The notes below the pieces were generated by a model. That model was not told the origin of the DNA, made no database searches, and saw only the letters and a program-made list of their open reading frames with translations. Made by a program: the position numbers and the translations under genes. A stretch of 17,097 bases of DNA from an uncultured Pirellulaceae bacterium. Its GTDB lineage: Bacteria; Planctomycetota; Planctomycetia; Pirellulales; Pirellulaceae. Below, one piece after another: positions 1-7,290 of this stretch. The stretch spans positions 864 through 17,960 of the forward strand of contig CAYZRS010000059.1 in assembly GCA_964480915.1 (NCBI GenBank), in the 5' to 3' direction. The number at the start of each line of letters is the position of its first letter. Positions within the stretch are counted from its first letter, which is position 1.

Positions 1-90
1 TGGCGGCTGGAACCGGGATACAGGCCTGCTGATTTTTGCGGGCCCCCTGACCGCCATTTCACCCCGGCGTCCCCCAAAAAACACCCCCGA

Positions 91-120
91 CCCTTTTGCA
101 CCGCGCCCCTTTTGCACCGC
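91..120. repeat. Perfect 14-bp tandem direct repeat CCCTTTTGCACCGC x2 with a 2-bp spacer (16-bp period) in the flotillin upstream region; candidate binding site for a direct-repeat-recognising regulator
   Basis: Read directly: units at 91-104 and 107-120 are identical, and the region before it (71-90) is C/A-rich. No function can be assigned from sequence alone. Confidence 0.5.
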
Positions 121-130
121 AAGTTTTGAA

Positions 131-149
131 AGGAGAATTTCAAATGTAA
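131..149 (+). other. Shine-Dalgarno AGGAG followed by a minimal start-stop ORF (ATG-TAA)
   Basis: AGGAG at 131-135, an 8-nt spacer, ATG at 144-146 and TAA immediately after at 147-149. It lies 74 nt upstream of the flotillin start. It could be a ribosome-loading or stalling leader element, or chance. Confidence 0.25.
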
Positions 150-222
150 ACCTCGGTTCGGTGTTGTCGTTCAGTCGTGTGACTGGCCAGTTGCAAGGCC
201 ATTTTGTTCTGAGGAGTTTTTT

Positions 223-1908
223 ATGTTTACCAATTCAACGACCGGTTTCTTGTTCGCGGCGACCGGAATTTTTGAGTCGCCGTACGCGACCATCGCCATC
301 GCCGGCATTCTTCTCGCTGTCACGGTCATGGGCATGCTGATGCTGCTGGTTAAGCAGTACAAGCGTTGCCCGAGTAACCGCATTTTGGTGATCTACGGTA
401 AGACGAGTCGCGGTGGTGCGGCCAAGACGATTCATGGTGGAGCCGCCTTTGTGGTCCCCTTGCTCCAGAGCCATGCGTTCCTGAGCCTCGACCCGATTCA
501 AATCGAAGTCCCGTTACGCGGCGCTTTGTCGTCAGAGAATATCCGCGTCAATGTGCCCAGCGTTTTTACGGTGGCGATCGGTACTGAACCGGCGGTCATG
601 AACCAAGCGGCGATCCGTTTGCTCGGATTGAGCACAGCCGAAGTGCGTAAGCAGGCCGAAGAGATTATCTTCGGTCAGTTGAGACAAGTGATCGCTTCGA
701 TGGGTATCGAAGAGATTAATCGTGACCGAGACACGTTCTTGCAGCACATTCAGGAATCGCTCGAACCAGAACTCAATAAGGTCGGCCTCCAGCTGATCAA
801 CGTGAATATCACCGATATCACGGACGAGTCAGGTTACATCGACGCGATCGGACAGAAGGCCGCCTCGCAAGCGATCCAACAGGCTCGCGGTGACGTGGCT
901 GAAGAAGAACGATCGGGTGAAACGCGCGTGGCGGCAGCCAATCGTGATCGCTCGGTCGAAGTGGCCGAAGCGGAAAAGGAACGCTTGATCGGAACGCAAA
1001 AAGCGGAACGAGACCGAGCGATCCAAGTTGCCGAAATGGAAAAGCAGCAAGTCATCGGCGAACAGACCGCCGCACTTCAACGCGAAGCGCAAGTGAAGCT
1101 GGCCGAACAGGCCAAGCGAATCAGCGTCGCCGAAGCGGAAGCTCAGGCGATCGATGGCGAGAACGAGTCGCAAGCAAAGATTGCGGCCTCGAAAGCCGAA
1201 TTGGCGATTCGCCAAGCCGAAGCGTATGAAGCGGCCGAGACGCGCAAGAAGGAAGCGGAAGCCAAGGTCCAAGAAGCTCAGAACCGAGCGATGGCCAAAG
1301 CGGCTGTTGCCAATGCGGAACGTTTGGAAGCCGAAGGACGAGCCGAATTGGAAGCTCGCGCCAAAGCGGCCAAGGCGACCACGATCGTCGAAGCAGAGGC
1401 GGCTGCCGAAGAGCGGCGGATCAGTGCCCGAGCGGAGGCCGACGCGGTCTACGCGATGCTGGAAGCGGAAGCTCGCGGCGAGTACGAGATACTTGCCAAA
1501 AAGGGCGAAGGCTTGAAGCAAATTGTCGAAGCGTGTGGCGGAGCCAAGGAAGCGTTCCAAATGATGATGCTGGAGCACATGGACAAGCTGGCCGAAACGT
1601 CTGCTGCGGCCATTGCGAACATCAAGTTCGATAAGGTCGTCGTGTGGGAAAACGGAGCCGGCGGCAAAGACGGAAGTACGAACACTGCCAATTTCCTCAA
1701 AGGAATGGCCCATTCGCTGCCTCCGATGATGCAAGTCTGGAAAGACATCGCTGGAATCGAGCTGCCCGAATCGCTGTTGAAATTCGACAGCGCCGATGAC
1801 GACGATACCTTCGACGTCGCGGAAACCAACGGCCGACTGCCTCATGTCACGGTAGACATCAAGAAAGAGGTCGAGAGTGAAGAGGAGGAAACGGCTCCTG
1901 CCAGCTAA
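223..1908 (+). CDS. Flotillin-family protein (SPFH/band-7 domain, membrane-anchored, long EA-rich coiled coil)
   Basis: Strong SD GAGGAG at 211-216, 6 nt before the ATG at 223. There is an N-terminal TM helix (IAIAGILLAVTVMGMLMLLV). It is followed by an SPFH-like core (IRVNVPSVFTVAIGTEPAVMNQAAIRLLGLS...GIEEINRDRDTF...LNKVGLQLINVNITDITD). A roughly 250-aa Glu/Ala/Lys/Arg-rich heptad region typical of flotillins (FloT/YqiK-like) follows, then an acidic C-terminal tail. A terminator hairpin lies downstream. Confidence 0.85.
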   Translation: MFTNSTTGFLFAATGIFESPYATIAIAGILLAVTVMGMLMLLVKQYKRCPSNRILVIYGKTSRGGAAKTIHGGAAFVVPLLQSHAFLSLDPIQIEVPLRGALSSENIRVNVPSVFTVAIGTEPAVMNQAAIRLLGLSTAEVRKQAEEIIFGQLRQVIASMGIEEINRDRDTFLQHIQESLEPELNKVGLQLINVNITDITDESGYIDAIGQKAASQAIQQARGDVAEEERSGETRVAAANRDRSVEVAEAEKERLIGTQKAERDRAIQVAEMEKQQVIGEQTAALQREAQVKLAEQAKRISVAEAEAQAIDGENESQAKIAASKAELAIRQAEAYEAAETRKKEAEAKVQEAQNRAMAKAAVANAERLEAEGRAELEARAKAAKATTIVEAEAAAEERRISARAEADAVYAMLEAEARGEYEILAKKGEGLKQIVEACGGAKEAFQMMMLEHMDKLAETSAAAIANIKFDKVVVWENGAGGKDGSTNTANFLKGMAHSLPPMMQVWKDIAGIELPESLLKFDSADDDDTFDVAETNGRLPHVTVDIKKEVESEEEETAPAS

Positions 1909-1934
1909 CACTGGTTGACGATAAAAAAGTGATA

Positions 1935-1970
1935 GCGGGCCCAACCATCGTTGGGCCCGCTTGTTTTGTT
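1935..1970. terminator. Rho-independent terminator hairpin, probably bidirectional, serving the flotillin (+) and DUF1559 (-) genes
   Basis: GCGGGCCCAA (1935-1944), a 6-nt loop CCATCG, then TTGGGCCCGC (1951-1960): a 10-bp perfect GC-rich stem. TTGTTTTGTT follows on the + strand, and an A/T run (ATAAAAAAGT, read as U-rich on the - strand) lies on the other side. Confidence 0.75.
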
Positions 1971-2048
1971 CACGTGCGGGCAAACGGGGCAGTCGCGATT
2001 CAGGAGTGAATTCGCAGCTGGATCAGAACGTATCCCAACAGCGCGCTG

Positions 2049-2086
2049 CCAACGATCCCAACGACTCCAACGAACTCCACCCAACT
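2049..2086. repeat. Short degenerate tandem repeats (CCAACGAyy x4 on +, GTTGG x5-6 on -) in the 3' UTR of the DUF1559 gene
   Basis: ccaacgatc / ccaacgact / ccaacgaact / ccacccaact, read directly. Function unknown. Confidence 0.4.
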
Positions 2087-2123
2087 TGAGGAACCTTGTC
2101 GAATGATCGACATCGTTTCGGCG

Positions 2124-3359
2124 TTACCTAAGAAACTCGGTCACATCGGACGGTTGACGATCTTTCACAGCAATTAGGTAGGAAAACGTCAACTGGTCGA
2201 TCTCGTCGCTGACGTAGCCAACGTGTCCATCGAGCGCCACCGCGTTGACTCCACCCGGATGCCGACTGCGTGGTGCGGCACCAAGAAATTGCTGGCCATT
2301 GGAAAATCCTGACTGCGGCATTCCCTGTTGATCGGCAAACACGGCATTCGCTGGTCCTCCCCCCACAACCACGTCGTGATAAGTCGCACTATTCGGAAAC
2401 GCGACGTCGTTCGCATCGTAATCGGAGTCCGGTATGTAGAAATTACTCGCACCGATTTTCCCGGAATCGGCCGCGTGCCAATCGAGAGCGACCAACGAGG
2501 CGCCCGGGAACGGCGCCGACCAAACGCCTCGTGAATCGGAAGCTCGGTCCAGCGTCCGCACTTCAGTCGCCAGCAAGGTTTTGGATACGCCATCGACCAC
2601 TTTGCCGATCTTCTGGCCCGCGCGGGAGCCCACATCAAAACCGCCCAATGCGCCGGCACGCGTCTTGAAGTGATCGATGTGCACGACGCTCGTATAGGCC
2701 GCGTAGTTCCCTTTGGCCAATCCGCCACGTCCCGCCACCACATTCCAACCCGATCCGACCGAACTCCCTTCGAAGAATGCGACCGACGCCGTGCCGTCAC
2801 TCGGACACATCAGTGTGCCAAGTGCGGTGGAATAGACGGCGGTCCCGTCTGACCGAACAGGCTGTTCCTGTAGTTTGAGTCCAAAATCAAACTGGTCGTA
2901 CAGCGCTTGCTCTTCCAGAAACGGAAGTATCGTTACGATCCAACTGACGTTGGGACCTGCCTTCCTACCGAAAATATCGAAGCACCCATTATTGGCCATC
3001 TCGGTGCCTAGCCCGACATCTGTTCCAAGCGCTCGGCATTTGTCAGGGTCAGACTGTTTCTCGACATCACTCAACCAGGCCCCAGCTGGCAACGCGCCCA
3101 TGGCGCTTTCGAAGTTCAGCACAGCCAAACCGAGCTGTCGTAGACGATTCTTGCATTGCAGACGCCGGGCCGCCTCGCGCGTGCTGGTCACTGCAGGTAA
3201 GAGCAGAGCCACCAAAATCGCAATAATGGCAATGACCACCAGCAATTCGACCAGCGTGAACGCACCGCGTTTTCGTCGTAATGCTTGATCCCAGTTGCCG
3301 ATCGCTTGGCGATAGCTTGTGGAACGACGCTGGGGATCGAATGGGCTCATGACAGACAT
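2124..3359 (-). CDS. Prepilin-type N-terminal cleavage/methylation domain protein of the Planctomycete DUF1559 family (H-X9-DG protein)
   Basis: ATG at 3359 (second ATG at 3350) with GAGG 6 nt upstream. The type IV prepilin-like leader and hydrophobic helix read RKRG|[25 protein letters not shown], then [31 protein letters not shown], which is typical of DUF1559 proteins. The C-terminal motif is [12 protein letters not shown] (H-X9-DG). The ORF-track extension up to 3977 has no start signal or domain content and is treated as an open-frame artefact. Confidence 0.8.
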   Translation of the reverse strand: MSVMSPFDPQRRSTSYRQAIGNWDQALRRKRGAFTLVELLVVIAIIAILVALLLPAVTSTREAARRLQCKNRLRQLGLAVLNFESAMGALPAGAWLSDVEKQSDPDKCRALGTDVGLGTEMANNGCFDIFGRKAGPNVSWIVTILPFLEEQALYDQFDFGLKLQEQPVRSDGTAVYSTALGTLMCPSDGTASVAFFEGSSVGSGWNVVAGRGGLAKGNYAAYTSVVHIDHFKTRAGALGGFDVGSRAGQKIGKVVDGVSKTLLATEVRTLDRASDSRGVWSAPFPGASLVALDWHAADSGKIGASNFYIPDSDYDANDVAFPNSATYHDVVVGGGPANAVFADQQGMPQSGFSNGQQFLGAAPRSRHPGGVNAVALDGHVGYVSDEIDQLTFSYLIAVKDRQPSDVTEFLR

Positions 3360-3560
3360 AGGGCACCTCTCATCACAAGGGCTGGGCTGGCTGGGACGCG
3401 CAGGCAAAACGGAGCGTCGCCGAGTCGCACCGCGCGTTACAAACTCTCTGGGCACAAGCAACGGCACAGTACGCTCGGCAAAACGCTGAGACACTAGATG
3501 CACGTTCTGCCCAAGGGTGCCGCAGAAAAACTGGAATTTCCGAATTTTGTGCCAGCCGAT

Positions 3561-3587
3561 GGAAACTGCAACGTTTGCGATCGGTCG
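3561..3587 (+). promoter_or_regulatory. Candidate ECF-type promoter (GGAAAC -35-like, 17-nt spacer, GTCG -10-like) upstream of the ECF sigma gene; possible autoregulation
   Basis: GGAAAC at 3561-3566 and GTCGCC at 3584-3589, about 45-65 nt upstream of the candidate sigma start codons. This is pattern resemblance to generic ECF promoters (GGAAC ... CGTC/GTC) only. Confidence 0.2.
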
Positions 3588-3649
3588 CCGTGCGCGGCAC
3601 AATAGATGGGACGAGAATACAAGCGTTGGATATGACAAAAGGGGGCACG

Positions 3650-4249
3650 ATGGACAGTTCGGTTCAATTCGCCGAACTTGTTTCCAAGGCCCGCCAAGGT
3701 GACGCATCGGCGCTGGATGCGATCTTTCGCACCTGTCGCGATTACCTGTTGCTGATCGCGAATCAAGAAATGGACGAACGGTTGAAGACGACCTGTGCCG
3801 CCAGTGACTTGGTCCAAGCGACGCTCGTCCAGGCGAATCACAAGTTCGACCAGTTTCGCGGCGATTGTCAGCCAGAATTCCTCGGCTGGGTGAAAGCGAT
3901 CTTGAAGAATGAGATGAAGGGTTCTGTTCGCAAACACTTCCAAACCGAAAAACGAGCCGCCCCACTGCCGCGACCAACCGGCGTTTCCTCTTGGCTGGCC
4001 GGTTCGGCGACTCATCCTATCGACCCAGAACTAACGCCGGCGGCAGGAGCCGAATTGGAAGAAGATGCTCAGTTGCTAAGGCTGGCCATTTTACGACTTT
4101 CGGAAGATCATCGTGAGGTATTGTTACTGCGTAACTGGCAACGTCGTTCCTTCGCGGAGATCGCCATCGAAATGCAACGCACGGAAAACGCGGCGAAGAA
4201 ACTCTGGGCTCGTGCCTTGGTGGCATTAGGAAACGAGATGTGCGAATGA
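3650..4249 (+). CDS. ECF (sigma-70 family) RNA polymerase sigma factor of the Planctomycete Ser/Thr-kinase-associated type
   Basis: A sigma-70 region 2-like N-terminus ([35 protein letters not shown]...[18 protein letters not shown]). A region 4-like helix-turn-helix ([42 protein letters not shown]). Alternative starts are ATG 3632 and TTG 3575; 3650 is preferred because it has an AAGGGGG purine tract just upstream. The stop TGA at 4247-4249 overlaps the kinase ATG (ATGA). Confidence 0.8.
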   Translation: MDSSVQFAELVSKARQGDASALDAIFRTCRDYLLLIANQEMDERLKTTCAASDLVQATLVQANHKFDQFRGDCQPEFLGWVKAILKNEMKGSVRKHFQTEKRAAPLPRPTGVSSWLAGSATHPIDPELTPAAGAELEEDAQLLRLAILRLSEDHREVLLLRNWQRRSFAEIAIEMQRTENAAKKLWARALVALGNEMCE

Positions 4250-5634
4250 CGGATCGAAAGCCTATCAGCCACCGTGTCGACGACGCGACCGAATTGGATT
4301 CGGCGATCGACCTGCTCGTTCAACTGGACGAAACCGAAGACGCGACAGATTCTACGGCGGTTACGGATTCTCTTGCCAAGCACACGCCGGCCGGGGCCGA
4401 CGACTTGCGCCGAGCAGCCAATAGCCTGCAACGGTTGAAACGCATTAAACAACAAAGTCCGTACTGCGTTGTCGACTTGGCATACGGATACGGTTCCTCG
4501 GTGGATGATGCCGAGTTGCCGTCACGAATTGGTCGTTTCGAGATCAAGCGTCGGCTGGGCATGGGTGGCTTTGGCGTCGTCTTTCTGGCAAACGACCCAA
4601 CGATTGATCGCGACGTCGCCCTCAAGGTGCCTCGGGTCGAAGCGCTGATCAATGAGGAGACTCGCGGCCGCTTCGTACGCGAATCGCGCACGGCCGCTAT
4701 GGTTTCGCATCCGCATGTCGCCACCGTCTTCGAGGCTGGGATGGTCGGACCGATCTGCTATATCGTTTCCGAATACTGCCCAGGTGGGTCGATTGCCGAC
4801 ATGCTCTCGCAATTGCCTGAAAACCGGTTGCCGGCAAAAGCGGCCAGCCAAGTCATGGCCACCGTCGCGGATGCCGTCCAAGCAGCTCATGACCAAGGCG
4901 TTCTCCATCGCGACATCAAACCGACCAACCTGTTGCTCGACGTGACCGCAGACCAAGTGCCCCGCTTCATCGAAGACCCGTCCGAACTGTACGCGTGTGT
5001 GAAGCTGGTCGACTTTGGCCTAGCAAAAGATTTGACGCGAGACGAGGCGCGAACGCGCACCGGCATGTTGCTCGGCACACCGGCCTACAGTGCTCCGGAG
5101 CAAATAGCCGAAACTAGGACGCTGGGCGCCACGACCGATGTCTATTCCTTGGGCGCCACGCTCTACCACCTCATCACCGGGCAGCCGCCACTGCAAAAGG
5201 CGACCGATTTCGCAACGCTGCTCGCCAATCAGAACGAAGAACCCCAACTCCCCCAGTCTCATCACTTGGACATTCCGAAAGACCTCAGCGCCATCTGCAT
5301 GAAGTGCCTAGAGAAGACGCCCGAGCGCCGCTACGCAACGGCCGCGGAATTGGCGGACGACCTAAGACGGTTTATTGCAGGCAAGCCGGTCGTGGCGCGA
5401 AACATCTCGACTTTGGGACGATGGTCACGCTCGGTTCGTCGCAACTCGGTACTGGCCATTTGCGCTGCGATCACCCTGTTCTCGATCGCTTTCTCCGTGC
5501 AAACCGTACGCGTCTCGCAACGGGCAATCGAAAGAGAGAAAATCAAGCAGTCGAGTCTGATTCGTGAGATTGAATTGCTTAACTCACGCCGCGAGAGGAA
5601 TCCGACGCAGCTCGATTCCGATCGCCGCGACTAG
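4246..5634 (+). CDS. Hanks-type serine/threonine protein kinase, membrane-anchored by one C-terminal TM helix, translationally coupled to the ECF sigma factor
   Basis: ATG at 4246 overlaps the sigma stop codon (GTG 4240 is an alternative start). Kinase motifs: glycine loop GMGGFGVV, VALK, catalytic loop HRDIKPTN, DFG and SAPE. The TM helix is VLAICAAITLFSIAFSV, followed by a roughly 45-aa charged tail. An acidic roughly 90-aa N-terminal extension precedes the kinase domain. Confidence 0.85.
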   Translation: MTDRKPISHRVDDATELDSAIDLLVQLDETEDATDSTAVTDSLAKHTPAGADDLRRAANSLQRLKRIKQQSPYCVVDLAYGYGSSVDDAELPSRIGRFEIKRRLGMGGFGVVFLANDPTIDRDVALKVPRVEALINEETRGRFVRESRTAAMVSHPHVATVFEAGMVGPICYIVSEYCPGGSIADMLSQLPENRLPAKAASQVMATVADAVQAAHDQGVLHRDIKPTNLLLDVTADQVPRFIEDPSELYACVKLVDFGLAKDLTRDEARTRTGMLLGTPAYSAPEQIAETRTLGATTDVYSLGATLYHLITGQPPLQKATDFATLLANQNEEPQLPQSHHLDIPKDLSAICMKCLEKTPERRYATAAELADDLRRFIAGKPVVARNISTLGRWSRSVRRNSVLAICAAITLFSIAFSVQTVRVSQRAIEREKIKQSSLIREIELLNSRRERNPTQLDSDRRD

Positions 5635-6254
5635 CTCCCTTCCATTCGTGGCTCCGTTGACCCCGTTGGCACTGCGGTCGGCACCTGGCAATGGGAACCT
5701 TCAAAAAAGTCAGCCGACTCGATTCCGAACGCGTGATCGAATCGAGCTCGCCAATTTTCCCAGGCGATAGACGCCGTCAATTCGACCATCTGTTTTTCGT
5801 TGAAGCTTTGCTGGAGTCGCGCGAAATTTGCGGCGTCGATTTCGACCGGCGTATTCGTCATTTCGGTCGAGTAACGCAAGACCGCTTTATCGATCTCGTC
5901 GAAGAGGGAGCTCGTTTCGAAATCGTTAAGCTCGCGCAGCTCCTCGTCGCTGAGCACGTTTTCGTGGCGGCTCACGGCCGCCATCATGTCGATTCAGAAG
6001 GGACAACCGACCATGCGTGCGACACGCGTTTGAGCCAGATACTTATACCGCGGTGAAACCGACTTGGCCGCTTCCTGGGCCGAATCCATCTGACCAATGC
6101 CCAGCAGCACTCGTGGGTGATGCGCCATGATCGTGATCGGTTCGATCAATTCGGCGCGCCCCGTCAGCTTGCCAATTTTGCGCTTCACGATCGCGTACAC
6201 AATCCGAGTAAAGAGGCCGGCCTTGTTGACGTCGATCCCTGCCATACGTGGCAT
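5631..6254 (-). CDS. Carboxymuconolactone decarboxylase / AhpD-like family protein with an in-frame TGA at 5994-5996; probable selenocysteine-containing (C-x-x-U) peroxidase-related protein of 207 aa
   Basis: Two minus-strand ORFs (5994..6254 and 5631..5987) are in the same frame and are separated only by TGA plus Ile-Asp. ATG at 6254 has GGAG 9 nt upstream. The joined protein aligns co-linearly with the CMD/AhpD fold: the N-terminal part ends RVARMVGCPF, then U, then IDMMAAVSRHENVLSDEELRELNDFETSSLFDEIDKAVLRYSTEMT...ELTASIAWENWRARFDHAFG. The TGA falls exactly where the second Cys of the family's G-C-x-x-C redox motif sits. A SECIS-like hairpin starts 11 nt downstream. The stop TAG at 5631-5633 overlaps the kinase stop. 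Confidence 0.65.
5965..5983 (-). other. Putative bacterial SECIS element (hairpin immediately 3' of the in-frame UGA)
   Basis: The mRNA reads UGA-AUCGACAUGA-U GGCGGC CGUGA GCCGCC A. It has a 6-7-bp GC stem and a 5-nt apical loop containing GU. The stem begins 11 nt after the UGA, and the loop G is about 19 nt after it. Confidence 0.5.
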
Positions 6255-6465
6255 AGTTCAAAGCTCCTGGAAAAGTTGTTTCTATCGATGAAACTGCAAT
6301 CGCCGCACCGCTTTAACCGCGGGACTGCTCAATCGAGTGAGCGGTAAGGCGCTAAACGCCGGTATTTTGGGGAACGCGCCGACCTTGTCGCTCACAGAAA
6401 ACGGAAGGGATGTCCCGATTGAGCCGAATTGGCCTCAACCGCGAAAATCAACAATCTCACTTTGC

Positions 6466-7290
6466 CTACCCTTTGAGGCCCGTCGTCGCGATTCCTTTGA
6501 CAAACAATTTTTGGGTAAGGAAAAAAACGATCACGATCGGTAACGTGAAGAGCGTCGCCGCTGCTAACAACAAATGCGTCTGATCCGAATAGGCGCTAAC
6601 GAATCGCTCCAAACCATATGCTAGCGGAAACTTTTGCGGGTCGCTGAGGAACAGGAGCGGTCCGCCAAAGTCGTTCCACGTCGCGATCAATTGGAACAGC
6701 GCTACGGTGGCCAGCGCGGGGCGACTGAGGGGCAAAATGATCCGCCAAAAAATCCCCACTTCGGAAAGACCGTCCAGTCGAGCCGCTTCGCTTAACTCTT
6801 CCGGGATCGTTAGAAAAAACTGCCTTAGCAGGAAGATAAAGAAGGCGTCCCCCAGAAACGTTGGCAAGACAATCGCCGCGAGCGAATCATAAAGTCCCAA
6901 CTCGCGCAGCAACAGAAAACGGGGAATCATCGTCACGTGCCAAGGTAACAGCATCGTACCAATAATGAGTGCAAAGCAAATGCTGCGGCCCGGCCACTGG
7001 ATGCGAGCCAGCCCATAAGCGACGACGGCACTACTCACCACGGTCCCACACACCGTGCCGAGGCAGAGCAGCAGCGTGTTCGTCAAATAGCGTGCGTACG
7101 GCATGGCGGTCATCGCATCGCTGTAATTTTCGAAACGCCATGTTTTCGGCCAAAACGAAAATGGTGAGGTACTTAGTTCCATTCCCGACTTGAGCGAACT
7201 GAGCACCATCCACATCACGGGAAAGCCAAATAGCACAGCCACCGCAACGAGCAGCAGGTGTGCCAAGCGGGGTGGACGAGTGACGTTCAT
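6466..7290 (-). CDS. Carbohydrate ABC transporter permease (MalG-like inner-membrane component)
   Basis: ATG at 7290. Six predicted TM segments. The EAA loop reads EAARLDGLSEVGIFWRIILPLSRPALA. The start overlaps the upstream substrate-binding-protein stop (ATGA at 7287-7290). Confidence 0.85.
   Translation of the reverse strand: MNVTRPPRLAHLLLVAVAVLFGFPVMWMVLSSLKSGMELSTSPFSFWPKTWRFENYSDAMTAMPYARYLTNTLLLCLGTVCGTVVSSAVVAYGLARIQWPGRSICFALIIGTMLLPWHVTMIPRFLLLRELGLYDSLAAIVLPTFLGDAFFIFLLRQFFLTIPEELSEAARLDGLSEVGIFWRIILPLSRPALATVALFQLIATWNDFGGPLLFLSDPQKFPLAYGLERFVSAYSDQTHLLLAAATLFTLPIVIVFFLTQKLFVKGIATTGLKG

Noticed and set aside
1154-1516. 120-aa Lys/Arg-rich plus-strand ORF inside the flotillin gene
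   Set aside because: It is an alternate-frame reading of the repetitive GAAGCG/GCCAAG codons of the flotillin coiled coil. It has no start signal and overlaps a well-supported CDS entirely.
829-1983. 384-aa minus-strand ORF antisense to the flotillin gene
   Set aside because: It is a shadow ORF. The plus strand carries an unmistakable SPFH/flotillin protein with SD and terminator. The antisense product is low-complexity and Arg/Phe/Leu-rich with no motifs.
3360-3977. The N-terminal 206 codons of the 617-aa ORF-track call for the DUF1559 gene
   Set aside because: This is an open frame in GC-rich DNA with no start-site signal and no domain content. The conserved prepilin leader begins at the ATG at 3359, which has a GAGG SD. 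The region instead holds the divergent promoters for the DUF1559 and ECF sigma genes.
3494-4015. 173-aa minus-strand ORF antisense to the ECF sigma gene, and similar antisense ORFs at 4320..4956, 10545..11135, 12529..13215 and 16147..16746
   Set aside because: All are fully embedded antisense to genes with strong family motifs. They have no RBS or domain features, which is typical for GC-rich genomes.
5994-5996. Reading the in-frame TGA as a simple nonsense mutation making the AhpD-like gene a pseudogene
   Set aside because: The TGA falls precisely on the second Cys of the family's C-x-x-C redox motif. Both flanking halves are intact and in frame with no further stops. A GC hairpin with a GU loop begins 11 nt downstream. 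Together these favour selenocysteine recoding. A pseudogene cannot be fully excluded without checking the genome for selABCD.
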